Source of the DNA: an uncultured Spirochaetota bacterium
Lineage (GTDB): Bacteria; Spirochaetota; Spirochaetia; SZUA-6; Fen-1364
Length of the DNA stretch: 64,000 bases
Direction of reading: 5' to 3'
Assembly (NCBI GenBank): GCA_963845535.1
Contig: CAWJSK010000012.1
Location: 32,001-96,000 of the forward strand
Positions 38,226 through 48,273 of this stretch are shown here, piece after piece. The notes under the pieces are model-generated. The model searched no databases, was not told where the DNA came from, and saw only the letters and a list, made by a program, of their open reading frames with translations. Both the position numbers and the translations under genes were made by a program. Positions within the stretch are counted from its first letter, which is position 1, and each line of letters begins with the position of its first letter.

Positions 38226-39647
38226 TCAACCGGCCAGGGCCATGAACCTCTTCAATATGGCCTGGGCAGGGTCCTGCGCCAAGTCGATGGCTTTGCAGCC
38301 CTCGGGGATGCGGACCGTGGGCCGGGGGGTGACCTTCTTGCCGGTGAACTGGGGGAGCCATCGCCTTTCGGCCTCCAGCATTTCCGAGGTCATGTCGCGG
38401 ATCTCCTTCAGGGTGCACACGGCGCTGGACAGCGGATCCATGGCGATGGCCTGCACGAGCTTCTCCGTGTCCCCTTCGATCGCCGCCTCCGCCGCAAGGA
38501 GCTGCACGTTCACGTTCGTCATGCACGCGGCTGCGCACTGGGTGGGAAGCCTCCCGACGCGCATGGGGTGCAAACCGGTGTCATCCGCGAAGGTGGGAAC
38601 CTCCACGCAACAGTCGGCGGGAAGGTTCGTGATGAAGCCGTCGTTTCGGACGTTGCCCATGAACTTGAAAGGCTTTCCGGTGGCAACAGCTTCCATGATG
38701 TAGGAGCAGTACTCCACGCTCCTGGCTTCGAGCTTCGTCGACTCGTAGTCAAGCTGGTTCTTGCCCTCGTACTTCTTCGCCACTGTTGCGCACCATGTGT
38801 AGTAAGCGCCCGTCTCCCCGCCGAAGCCCGGCTCGTCGCAGTAAAGGTCCAGGGCGGCCTGGTTCTTGCGGAACCAGGGCACGTACTCCGAGAGGTGGCC
38901 GGTCGTCTCCGTCATGAAATAGCCGAAGTGCCGGAACACTTCCCCACGCACTTTCTCGCTCTTGTAGATCTCCGGACGATCGATGGCTTCCGCCAGGCGC
39001 GGGTACAGGTCCTTCCCCTTGTGCGTCAGCGTGAGGAACCAGTCCATGTGGTTGATCCCGCCGCACGTGTACACGATCTCGTCCTTGGGAACGTTCACGA
39101 ACTGCGCGATCTGCTCGATGGTGGTCTGCACGCCGTGACACAGCCCGACAAAGGGAACGCTGCTCGCCTTGCCCAGGGCGAGGCAGTTCGCTGCCATCGG
39201 GTTGGCGTACTGCAGCATGATGGCGCCCGGCCGGGACACCTCCTCCATGTCGCGCGCGATGTCCAGCAGGACCGGGATGGAGCGCATGGCGCGAAACACG
39301 CCGCCGGGCCCCAGGGAGTCTCCGATGCACTGGTCCACCTTGTACTTCAGGGGGATGCGCCAGTCCATCTCGAAGGCTTCCACGCCGCCCACCTGGATCA
39401 TGACCACGACGAAGTCAGCTCCGCGAAGCGCTTCCCGGCGGTCCAGCGTGGCGGTGACCCTTCCCTTCACGTTGTTGTCGGCGAGCATCCGTTTGCCGAA
39501 AGCCTCCATGGCGCGCAGCTTCGGCTCCGTCCTGCTCATCAGGGCGAACTCGCTTCCCGCCAGGGCCGGGGTGGCCATGATGTCCGCCATGAGCGTCTTG
39601 CAGAACACGACGCTCCCCGCCCCGATCATTGCAATCTTCTTCCCCAT
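38226..39647 (-). CDS. Glycoside hydrolase family 4 (alpha-galactosidase/glucosidase-like)
   Basis: KIAMIGAGSVVF, QCIGDSLGPGG, YANP, GLCHGV, GINH. Confidence 0.93.
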   Translation of the reverse strand: MGKKIAMIGAGSVVFCKTLMADIMATPALAGSEFALMSRTEPKLRAMEAFGKRMLADNNVKGRVTATLDRREALRGADFVVVMIQVGGVEAFEMDWRIPLKYKVDQCIGDSLGPGGVFRAMRSIPVLLDIARDMEEVSRPGAIMLQYANPMAANCLALGKASSVPFVGLCHGVQTTIEQIAQFVNVPKDEIVYTCGGINHMDWFLTLTHKGKDLYPRLAEAIDRPEIYKSEKVRGEVFRHFGYFMTETTGHLSEYVPWFRKNQAALDLYCDEPGFGGETGAYYTWCATVAKKYEGKNQLDYESTKLEARSVEYCSYIMEAVATGKPFKFMGNVRNDGFITNLPADCCVEVPTFADDTGLHPMRVGRLPTQCAAACMTNVNVQLLAAEAAIEGDTEKLVQAIAMDPLSSAVCTLKEIRDMTSEMLEAERRWLPQFTGKKVTPRPTVRIPEGCKAIDLAQDPAQAILKRFMALAG

Positions 39648-39674
39648 CGTCTTTCCCTTCCTTCTTGTGCAGCC

Positions 39675-40526
39675 TTACGCGGCAGCATTCCAGGAGCCGC
39701 GGATCAGCCGAAGCCCCTCCGTGTAGACCACATCCGTGCTCTCGTACAGGTCCCGCCAGATCTTCGTGGCAGCGGCGAACGCGGGAATCACCCGGCCGAA
39801 AGCCTCGATGGTGAGCCAGTTGTCATAGCCCGTGGAGCGCAGGGCCTTGAATATCGCCGGCCAGTCATTGTGCCCGCGGCCAGGCACGCCCCGGTTGGTT
39901 TCCGAAATGTGCATGTGCGTGATGATGCCGCGGTGCTTGAGGATGCTCTTGACGGAATTGTCCTCTTCAATGTTCGCGTGGAACGTGTCGAACATCGCCT
40001 TGAAGTTCGGCATCCCGACCGTTTCCACGTGCTCGGCGATCCCGTCCATCGTCGTGAGCACGTACGCCTCGAACCTGTTGAGGAACTCCACGGCCAGGGT
40101 GATGCCGGCCCGGGCGGCGTACTCTGCCGACGCGCGCGCGTGCTCGGCGGCCCGGGCCTTCTCCTCCGCCGTGGGCCCCGTGCCCGTAAAGACGGCCACG
40201 GGCTGGTAGAACGGGCCGCACAGCAGCTTCGCTTCCAGGGCCTGCGTGCAGTCAATGACGCGCTTCATGAAGTCCAGCGCGTTGTCCCGCAGTTTCTTCT
40301 CCGGGCTCACGGGATTGTGGCTGGCATCCGGCATGTTCGTGACGACCGTGCAGTCAAGGCCATTGTCGCGCACCGCCTTGAGGACGCGGCGATAATGCTC
40401 CGGTGAACCCTCGAGAATGGGGATCTCCAGCCCGTCGTATCCTGCCTTTGCGAGCTTCCTGAAGAGCGGGAAGTGCTCTTCCTGCACGAACGAAGTCCAG
40501 AGAAGCAGATTGAAGCCTGTTTTCAC
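39675..40526 (-). CDS. Sugar epimerase/isomerase, D-tagatose/D-psicose 3-epimerase-like
   Basis: YDGLEIP, AVEFLNRFE, FDTFHANIEE, HISETNRGVPG, TIEAF; GTG start 40526. Confidence 0.88.
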   Translation of the reverse strand: MKTGFNLLLWTSFVQEEHFPLFRKLAKAGYDGLEIPILEGSPEHYRRVLKAVRDNGLDCTVVTNMPDASHNPVSPEKKLRDNALDFMKRVIDCTQALEAKLLCGPFYQPVAVFTGTGPTAEEKARAAEHARASAEYAARAGITLAVEFLNRFEAYVLTTMDGIAEHVETVGMPNFKAMFDTFHANIEEDNSVKSILKHRGIITHMHISETNRGVPGRGHNDWPAIFKALRSTGYDNWLTIEAFGRVIPAFAAATKIWRDLYESTDVVYTEGLRLIRGSWNAAA

Positions 40527-40575
40527 GTCGTTGTCCCCCTGTGAGTTTTCATGCGGCGGGCGAAAGACGCCCGCG

Positions 40576-41550
40576 CTACCTTCTGCGCCTGTTGCTGACA
40601 TAGACAATCAAAAGAACGAACAGAACAATCCCGAATCCGAGCCACTTTCCCGCGTCGCCCCACCCCAGGGCGACAAGGAGATTTGTCAGTGTCTGGAGGA
40701 AAACGGCGCCGAGAATGACCCCGAAATAGTTACCGTTCCCCCCTGTCAAGGATACCCCGCCCACAACGGCTGCAGCGATGCTCGGCATCACGTAGTTGGA
40801 CCCCATGTCCTTGAACGCGATTCCCATGTTTCCCACAAGGAGCAGACCGACGAGGCTGGCAATCAGCCCGCTCGCGACAAAGGAAACGCAGCGCACCATC
40901 CGGACGTTCACGCCGCTCAGGTGGGCCGCGGTTTCGTTCGCCCCTGCCCCGAAAAGCATCATGCCCCACTTCGTCTTGTGCAGGATGATCATCGCGATCG
41001 GCGTTACGACAATGAGGATCAGCAGGATGTTCGGGAAGATTCCCGTCGACTTTGCGGCAAGGATCTGCAGCACCGGGGACGGGCGGCCCGTGATGTTCCT
41101 GCCGGCGGTATACACGTTGATGGCGCCTTGCAGAATATTGGACATGGCCAGGGTGACGACGAGGGGCGGCAGCTTGACATACGCCGTCAGGAGGCCGTTC
41201 AGGAGCCCCACGGCAATGCCGATCCCGACCGCCATGAGAAGGGCCATCCAGAGGTTTGCGTTCATGCCGTCCATGATGCTCGCCGTGAGCACGGCCGTGA
41301 TCGTGGCGGCATAGCCCACCGACAGGTCCAGGCCGCTGCCCCCGCCGGCAATGACGATGAGCTGGCAGAGGCCGAATAGCGCAATGAACGCGGATAGTTT
41401 CACCGTCAGGAGGACCTGGCCGAGGCTGAGAAAATTGGACACGGTGACCTGGCCAAGAACAAACAGGAAGACGATGAGCAGGAACGCAATGACAAGGGCC
41501 CTGTGCCGGTTGTACAGAAGGCCGACGGCGAAGGTGGCGCTGCGCTTCAT
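40576..41550 (-). CDS. Sugar ABC transporter permease (RbsC family)
   Basis: GLDLSVG, PPLVVTLA, GANETAAHLSGV, IAAAVVGG. Confidence 0.92.
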   Translation of the reverse strand: MKRSATFAVGLLYNRHRALVIAFLLIVFLFVLGQVTVSNFLSLGQVLLTVKLSAFIALFGLCQLIVIAGGGSGLDLSVGYAATITAVLTASIMDGMNANLWMALLMAVGIGIAVGLLNGLLTAYVKLPPLVVTLAMSNILQGAINVYTAGRNITGRPSPVLQILAAKSTGIFPNILLILIVVTPIAMIILHKTKWGMMLFGAGANETAAHLSGVNVRMVRCVSFVASGLIASLVGLLLVGNMGIAFKDMGSNYVMPSIAAAVVGGVSLTGGNGNYFGVILGAVFLQTLTNLLVALGWGDAGKWLGFGIVLFVLLIVYVSNRRRR

Positions 41551-41555
41551 CGCAA

Positions 41556-42590
41556 TCAACCCAGCCTGCCCGCCATGGTCGTCATCGCCTGCCTGTTGTA
41601 CAGCGTGTACGCCTGCGAGCTTGCGATTGCGGCGATGACGATGACCCCGCCGACAAGGGTCTGGTATGCATACGGGATGTTGGCAAAGAATATGATCTTG
41701 TTGACGAAGCTGAGGATGAGCGCGCCGGCCAGGGCAAACCAGATGCTCCCCCTCCCGCCCGTCAGGGCAATGCCTCCAACCACGGCCGCCGCGATTGCCC
41801 GCAGGGTCAGCGGATCTCCCATGCGGGCGTCCCCGGACTGGTTCTGGCCCACGAAGAAGAGGGCGGCAATGAAGATGAAGACGGAGTTGGTCATGCACGC
41901 GTACATCTGCACCCGGGCCGTGTTGATCCCGCTTTCGTAGGCGCTGTCATTGTTGCTGCCCACGGCGTAGATGTACCTGCCCACGCGCGCCCGGGCGAGG
42001 AATGCCCAGAACGCGGAGGCGAGGAGCACCAGAATGAGGGCGGGGGGAATGATGTCACCGAACGCCTTCACGGAGGCTGGAACAGCGGGAATGTCGCCCG
42101 CGTCATAGAACCACTTGAACCAGGCCACCGATTCGCCGCCCGGGGTGGGCCGCAGGAACAACGCGGCGCCCAGCCAGATGAAAGAGGTGGCAAACGTGGC
42201 AATAACGGGGGGGATGCGAAGATACCCGATTCCGACACCGTTGATCACGCCCACCGCCATGGCCACGGCGAAGGCGGCCAGCATGGCATACACGCCCGTC
42301 ACCGGGTCCGCCTTTCGCATCACGGTGGTCATGACGCAGGTGAGGAGCGAAAGGGCGGTACCGGTGGACAGGTCAATCCCGCCCGAGATGATGACCACCG
42401 CCTGTCCCATGGTCAGCAGCACCAGCGGCGTGAACGCGTTGATGTTCCTGACCACGGATTTCATCTCGAAAAAGTTCTTCTGCAGAATCGCGGTGAGCCC
42501 GACCATCGCGACCAGGATGAGGAGTATAGAAAACTCCGGCTTGGAGACGAATCTCCCTGCCGCCGTGGCGCGCATGCCGTTGCCTGTCAT
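41556..42590 (-). CDS. Sugar ABC transporter permease (RbsC family)
   Basis: GGIDLSTG, PPVIATFA, YAVGSN, IAAAVVGGIALTGGRG. Confidence 0.92.
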   Translation of the reverse strand: MTGNGMRATAAGRFVSKPEFSILLILVAMVGLTAILQKNFFEMKSVVRNINAFTPLVLLTMGQAVVIISGGIDLSTGTALSLLTCVMTTVMRKADPVTGVYAMLAAFAVAMAVGVINGVGIGYLRIPPVIATFATSFIWLGAALFLRPTPGGESVAWFKWFYDAGDIPAVPASVKAFGDIIPPALILVLLASAFWAFLARARVGRYIYAVGSNNDSAYESGINTARVQMYACMTNSVFIFIAALFFVGQNQSGDARMGDPLTLRAIAAAVVGGIALTGGRGSIWFALAGALILSFVNKIIFFANIPYAYQTLVGGVIVIAAIASSQAYTLYNRQAMTTMAGRLG

Positions 42591-42591
42591 G

Positions 42592-44094
42592 CTAGCGAAC
42601 CCGCATTGAGGTGGCCACGATCGTGTCCTCGTTGATGTCCGCCCCCTCGAGGGTCGACACCACCTGCCCCTCGTACATGATGAGGAGCCGGTCACAGTGC
42701 TGGATCAGCTCCTCGTTGTCGCTGGCGTACAGGATCACGCCCATCCGCCGCTGCCTGGCCTGTTCCGCGATGTACGCATACAGATCCCTCTTCGCTCCCA
42801 CGTCGACGCCCTTGGCGGGATCCGCCAGCAGCAGGACGTTCGTTTCGAAAGACAGCCATTTCCCCACCACGACCTTCTGCTGATTGCCGCCGGACAGGGT
42901 GCGCACGGGCATGTCCAGCCCCGCGGTCTTGATGGAGAGGGTTTCGACAACGCGTTTGCATTCCGCCTCGTATTTCCTGCGGGGGGTGAAGAAGGGATGC
43001 TGTCTCAGCCCGAGCCGGGGAAAGACGAGGTTCGTGAACACCGAATGCCCGCTGAAAAGCCCTTCCTGCTCCCTGTCCCCGGGGACGAGAAAGATCGCGT
43101 TTCGGATGGCGTTCACCGGCCGGGTGAGCTTCACGCGTCTGCCGTTGACCTCCGCGCTGCACGACGCGCCGGGATACTTGCCCGCCAGGGCGAGCATCAG
43201 CTCACGCTGACCCTGGCCGGCAAGTCCCCCGATTCCCAGGATCTCGCCCCGGCGCAGGTCGAAGGATATGTTCTGGAGGAACTTGCCGTAGGTGAGATTG
43301 CGGATCCGAAAGACCGTCTCATCGCAAGGATCTCCGCAGCTCTTCTTGACTGCGTCCTTCTGCGGCTCCCCGGTGATGTAACCGATGATCTTCTGAGGAT
43401 CACGCCCGTCTATGGCAAAGTCGATGGTACCGACGTTCGCGCCGTTTCTGAAAATCGTGATGTCGTCGCAGATCTCCATCACCTCCCAGAGCCGATGCGA
43501 GGTGAAGTTCAGCGCTGTCCCTTTCTCTGCCAGCCTCCGCATGCACTGGAAAAGGCTTTTGACCTCGTTCTTCTCCAGCGCCGAGGTGGGCTCGTCCAGG
43601 ATCAGGAGCCGGGGCCGCGCCGTGACGGCCTTCGCTATCTCGACAATCTGCATCTCACCGGGGCTCAGTTCATAAGCCATCTTCCTGACGTCCAGGCCGG
43701 GGAGAAGCTGATTCACGACCTCCCGCGCAACCTCCCGGGCAATCCTGTCATTCAGGAAAGGACCGCGATTTTCTTCGTTGCCCAGGACGATATTCTGCCA
43801 GACGGTGAGGTCCGCTACGAGGCTCAGATTCTGGTAGACCATTGCAATTCCGGCGTGCCTGGCTTCGTTGGGATTGCGATAGCGAACGGCTTTCCCGTTG
43901 TACCGTATCTCCCCCGCGTCGGAGCTGTAGACACCGGCAATGATCTTTGAGATGGTGCTCTTCCCCGAGCCGTTGGCCCCCAGGAGGCCGGTGATCCGAC
44001 CCTCCCGGCAGACCAGGTTCCCGTTCGAGAGAGCCACCACGCCTCCAAAGCGCTTTTTGATTCCTGCCGCTTCCAGGACCGCCACCAAGCTCAC
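42592..44094 (-). CDS. Sugar ABC transporter ATP-binding protein
   Basis: GANGSGKS, LDEPT, LSGGNQQKV. Confidence 0.94.
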   Translation of the reverse strand: MSLVAVLEAAGIKKRFGGVVALSNGNLVCREGRITGLLGANGSGKSTISKIIAGVYSSDAGEIRYNGKAVRYRNPNEARHAGIAMVYQNLSLVADLTVWQNIVLGNEENRGPFLNDRIAREVAREVVNQLLPGLDVRKMAYELSPGEMQIVEIAKAVTARPRLLILDEPTSALEKNEVKSLFQCMRRLAEKGTALNFTSHRLWEVMEICDDITIFRNGANVGTIDFAIDGRDPQKIIGYITGEPQKDAVKKSCGDPCDETVFRIRNLTYGKFLQNISFDLRRGEILGIGGLAGQGQRELMLALAGKYPGASCSAEVNGRRVKLTRPVNAIRNAIFLVPGDREQEGLFSGHSVFTNLVFPRLGLRQHPFFTPRRKYEAECKRVVETLSIKTAGLDMPVRTLSGGNQQKVVVGKWLSFETNVLLLADPAKGVDVGAKRDLYAYIAEQARQRRMGVILYASDNEELIQHCDRLLIMYEGQVVSTLEGADINEDTIVATSMRVR

Positions 44095-44115
44095 CGCTCC
44101 TGTCGGGGAGGGTCC

Positions 44116-44140
44116 GGGAGGCAGGCGAGACCTGCCTCCC
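44116..44140. other. Intercistronic hairpin after the binding-protein gene (probable mRNA stabiliser or attenuator)
   Basis: GGGAGGCAGG-N5-CCTGCCTCCC. Confidence 0.55.
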
Positions 44141-44182
44141 GTGACCCTGTTGAGAATAGCACACTGATCACGCGCAGAAGAT

Positions 44183-45232
44183 CTACTTGAACAGCGCGTT
44201 TACCTTGTCTTGCGGCATGATCTCGCTCAGCAGATAGTCATCCGGCTTGTCCTTGAGAAGCTGCCAGCCTTCGTCGAAGTTCTTGTCCGTGATGAGCATC
44301 CCGACCTTGTAGAAGTACGTGTTGTTTTTCAGAATGCCGGGCTTGAACTGCTTGCCGTTGTAAAGCTGGACCGCCATGCGGAACGCCGTGCCCCCGATTC
44401 CGGGGGGGTTGGGCTGGGCGACTGCCTTGAAGTCGGCTCCCCTGTCGCGAAGCTTCTTCCATTCCTTGAAGAAGGCCGTGCCGGGGTCGCCAAACATGAC
44501 CTTGGGCAGCTTGTTGGCATCCTCGAATGCCGACAGGACGCCGTACGCCTCGCCATCCTGCGTGATCACCGCATCGATTCTCTGACCCGAGCCGATGATC
44601 TGCGTTGCCACTTCCTTGGCCTTCGTCTGGTCCCAGTACCCCGTGGTGTTGGCTATGAGCTTGATGTTGGGGTATTTCTTCAGCACGTCCGCGGTGGCGC
44701 GGATCCGCTCATTGTTCGCGGGATGGCCGTCCAGGCCGTAGATCTGGATCGCGTTTCCGCTCTTGAGCGTGGAGCAGATGAACTCGACGTTCTTCAAGTT
44801 CCACGCGTAGTGGTCCAGGGTCACATTGACCACGTTCGGAGCGGTCACCGTTGCGTCGAACGCCATGACCAGGATGCCGGCGTCCTGCGCTTCCTTGATG
44901 ACGCCGTTCAGCGCATCAGGGGAGTTGGGATTCAGCAGGATGATGTCCACGCCTTGCGCGGTGAAGTCACGGATGATGTTCGCCTGCTCGGTGGCGTCCC
45001 CGTTGGTGACGTTGTTCACGAGCTTGTAGTCCGCGATCGTGCCGTCCGCCTTGTACTCGGTGCCGACCGTGTTGAGGGCGTCGATCATGATGTTTCGCCA
45101 GGAAGTCCCCGAGGAACCGGTGCTGATGCCGACCACGGGCGCCTTCTTCGCCTGGGCGCCGACAGCGAGCGCGCTGAAGGCGAACACCATGGCGAAGACG
45201 ATGAGAATGGTCCGAAATGCCTTGCTTTTCAT
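44183..45232 (-). CDS. Sugar ABC transporter substrate-binding protein (CUT2)
   Basis: AGGAGG RBS; signal peptide; GVDIILLNP, AFD, GYWDQTKAK. Confidence 0.9.
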   Translation of the reverse strand: MKSKAFRTILIVFAMVFAFSALAVGAQAKKAPVVGISTGSSGTSWRNIMIDALNTVGTEYKADGTIADYKLVNNVTNGDATEQANIIRDFTAQGVDIILLNPNSPDALNGVIKEAQDAGILVMAFDATVTAPNVVNVTLDHYAWNLKNVEFICSTLKSGNAIQIYGLDGHPANNERIRATADVLKKYPNIKLIANTTGYWDQTKAKEVATQIIGSGQRIDAVITQDGEAYGVLSAFEDANKLPKVMFGDPGTAFFKEWKKLRDRGADFKAVAQPNPPGIGGTAFRMAVQLYNGKQFKPGILKNNTYFYKVGMLITDKNFDEGWQLLKDKPDDYLLSEIMPQDKVNALFK

Positions 45233-45339
45233 GCGATTCTCTTCCTCCTTCGGATTTCGATTTTCAGGAAAACCAGAGTGCTTGAAACGAAGCTCATCAG
45301 TTTGCCGCACCTCCTTTCCCGGTTCTCTCCCTCATCCGA

Positions 45340-47456
45340 TCAGAGCCGGACTTCCGTTGGCAAGTCTGTGACAACCGCGTTGTTGGCGTTGAGCCGCAGA
45401 TCCCTGTCCAGGGTCAGGCCGAGGTTCGCGCCATCCGTCACCGCGCCCCGCAGGTTGCGGACCTTCTTCGCATCACCGATCCTGGCCACCACGAGACCCG
45501 CGGCGGCATAGCTCTTGTACAGGCAATCATCTGACCGCATGCCGGCCAGGACGATGTTGTCCACCGTGAGAATGGATTTCTCGAACTTGCTGTTGACCAC
45601 CACCACTTCCCCGTTCTCCCGGATCTCCAGGACCGAGGAGCTGGGAATGATGGTGACCGGGTGCTCGAAGGTCTTCATCGTGAGGCCTTCCCCGTTGCCG
45701 CCCTTGAAGCGCTTGTCCATGACGTCCTTGTTGCAAGGCTCCAGCCAGGAGGCGAACTCCCGGTTCTCCGTGACGATGGTCACCTTCTTGCCCTCGTAGG
45801 CCAGCTTCTCCGCGGCATCCGCCGCTCCGAAGTGATCCCCCCAGATGAGGACGGTCTGGCCGATCTCCGCGGGAGGCAGCTTGCCTCCCTTGGGCCAGTA
45901 TTCGCAGCTCTTCGTCTTGCAGCGCAGCACGTCCTCGAAGGTGCACACGCGCTTGGAGTCGATGCCCTTGATGTCGGGCCTGTCCACGGCGCCCCCCGTT
46001 GCCACCAGCACTGCGTCGAACTTCGCAAGCTCCTGTGCCGTCGGCGTGCTCTTGTACTTGATCTCGACGCCCATCTTCGCGATCTGCGCGCGGATCCAGT
46101 CCGCATACCAGCGCATCTTGTTCTTTCCGTGCACCGTACAGCAGAACAGGATGGCGCCCCCTAGCTCCTCGGATTTCTCGAAGATTGTCGCCGTGTGGCC
46201 GCGCAGCGTGGCGATGCGCGCGGCTTCCAGGCCGGCCCGCCGCCGACGATTGCCACTTTGAGCTTCTGGGACGCCGGCTGGATGTGGATGAACCGCTCGT
46301 CCCCGATTGCGGGGTTGATGGCGCAGCGCATGTGCCGCTTGACCATGAGGGATTCCTGCCAGCAGCCCACGAGGCAGGAGATGCATTTGCGGATCTCGTC
46401 CTTCTTCCCGTCCCGGGCCTTGTTGGCCCATTGGGGGTCAGCGATCATCTGGCGGGAAAGGCCGACCATGTCCGTCTTCCCTTCCGCGAGGATCTTCTCG
46501 CAGTAGTCGGGATCACGCAGGGTATGGCTGGTGATGACGGGCACCTTCACGTGCTTCTTGATCTCTTCCGCGGTGTAGGTGTTCCAGCCCTGCGGATAGT
46601 ACATCGGGTCCATCGTCGGGCCGGGCAGCTCGAAGATGCCGGCGCTGATGTCCAGGTAGGAGACACCGTGCTCCTCGAGGAGCATTGCCGCCTTGACGCT
46701 TTCCTCAAGGTTGCGGCCGCCCTCGATCCACTCTTCACCCGAATAGCGGATGCCAACAGGGAAGTCCGGGCCGCACTTGTACTGGATGGCATGGATGATC
46801 TCCAGGGGAAACCGCATGCGCCCGGAGAAGCTGCCGCCGAAACGGTCGTTTCTCTTGTTCACATACGGGCTCATGAACTGGGCAATCAGGTATCCATGGG
46901 CGCCGTGCAACTCCACGCCATCGAAGCCCGCCTGCTGCACCCGCCACGCCCCTTCGGCGAACTTCTCGATGAGCTCGTAGATCTCCTCCACCGTCATTGC
47001 CCTGATGGACTTGCCATGCGCGTCGGCCGCCGCGTAGACGACCTCATGGCCGGCAGAGGCGGGGATGTTGGCCACCATGTCCGTGGCTGACATGAGATCT
47101 TTCCGCGGCCAGGCGGACTGACGGCCGGGATGCTGAATCTGAACGATCGTCTTCGCTCCGTGGCGGTGCATGGCCTCGGCAAGCTCGGCGAGCCCTGGGA
47201 TCAGGGGATCCTCGTCCACCGTAAGGCAGGTAACCGTGGGCCGGCCGGTGTTCCTGTCCGGGCTGGCAGCTCCGACGATGATGAGGCCGCAGCCTCCCTT
47301 GGCGATCTCCTCATGGTACGTAATGACCCGCTGGTTCACCGAGCCATCGGCGTTGGCCGAGGAAATGTCGGTGGGGACGTGGCAGATGCGGTTGGCCACT
47401 TCGAAGTTCCCGATGCGAATGGGGGTGAACAGATGAGGATACGTGGGCTCTGTCAT
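45340..47456 (-). CDS. NADH:flavin oxidoreductase (OYE TIM barrel + 4Fe-4S + FAD domain) with one apparent frameshift near 46234
   Basis: FDGVELHGAHGYLIAQF, NKRNDRFGGS, CISCLVGC...C; VAIVGGGPA continues as GLEAARIATLRGH in another frame. Confidence 0.82.
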
Positions 47457-47490
47457 AGGTCGCTCCCTCTCCTTTGCTTGCGTTCTGTAT

Positions 47491-48231
47491 TTACAACGAC
47501 GCCGGGCCGGCGCCGATTCCGGGAACATCCGGGCGGGCACCCGAGGAAGCGGCATTCGCCGCCATCTGCTGCTCCAGGTGCTCCACGAGCCGGTTGGCAT
47601 GCTCGCCCAGGTTGGCGGCAAGCTGTTCGACATCGCCCGCTTCGGCTGCGTGGAGAATGCTCTCATGCTCCCGTGCCAGTTCCTCCGGGTCCACGATGTG
47701 CAGGTAGTCCATGATGAACTTCGTGCGGACTTCGAAAGCCAGGGAATCCCAGACGCTGAGGAGTATCTGGTTTCCCGATGCCGCCACCACGGCGCGGTGG
47801 AAGTGCTGGTTCTGGTTCTGGTACTCGACGAAGTCCCGGCGCAACGCCGCTTCCTCCATGGGAGGTACGTACCTGCTGAGCTCCGGCACAAGCGCCTTGA
47901 TCCGCGCGCCAACCGACCTTGCGGCAAGCGCCTCCAGGACAGCCTTGACCTTGAGGGCGTCCACGGTTTCCAGGATGCTGACTTCCCGAACTCGTGCTCC
48001 CTTGTGCACGAGATACTCGAGCACTCTCTTTGCCACCAGCTCCCGAATGGCTTCCCGAACAGGGATTGTGCTTACGCGGAGGTCTTCAGCGATGCGCGCC
48101 TCGATGATGCGGGTGCCAGGAGGAAAAGCGCCCGTTGCAATCCTTTCAAGGATGTAATTCCGAACCTGTTCGCAGAGAGAGTAGCGACTTGCAATAGTGG
48201 CAGAAATATGATTCATGTGTTCTTGGATCAT
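47491..48231 (-). CDS. GntR-family (FCD) transcriptional regulator
   Basis: PPGTRIIEARIAEDLRVSTIPVREAI wHTH; FHRAVVAASGN and EHESIL. Confidence 0.92.
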   Translation of the reverse strand: MIQEHMNHISATIASRYSLCEQVRNYILERIATGAFPPGTRIIEARIAEDLRVSTIPVREAIRELVAKRVLEYLVHKGARVREVSILETVDALKVKAVLEALAARSVGARIKALVPELSRYVPPMEEAALRRDFVEYQNQNQHFHRAVVAASGNQILLSVWDSLAFEVRTKFIMDYLHIVDPEELAREHESILHAAEAGDVEQLAANLGEHANRLVEHLEQQMAANAASSGARPDVPGIGAGPASL

Positions 48232-48248
48232 ATATCATATATTATATT
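48230..48248. promoter_or_regulatory. AT-rich putative GntR operator in the divergent GntR/transaldolase promoter
   Basis: ATATATCATATATTATAT island in otherwise GC-rich DNA, next to TGTCAA. Confidence 0.45.
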
Positions 48249-48273
48249 TGTCAACCTTTTTTGAGGGGACTTA

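Noticed and set aside
38181..40406. 741-aa plus-strand ORF
   Set aside because: Antisense shadow of the GH4 and epimerase genes; no motifs, typical of GC-rich DNA
46228..46242. Programmed ribosomal frameshift in the flavin oxidoreductase
   Set aside because: No slippery heptamer, and restoring the GPAGLE motif needs extra bases
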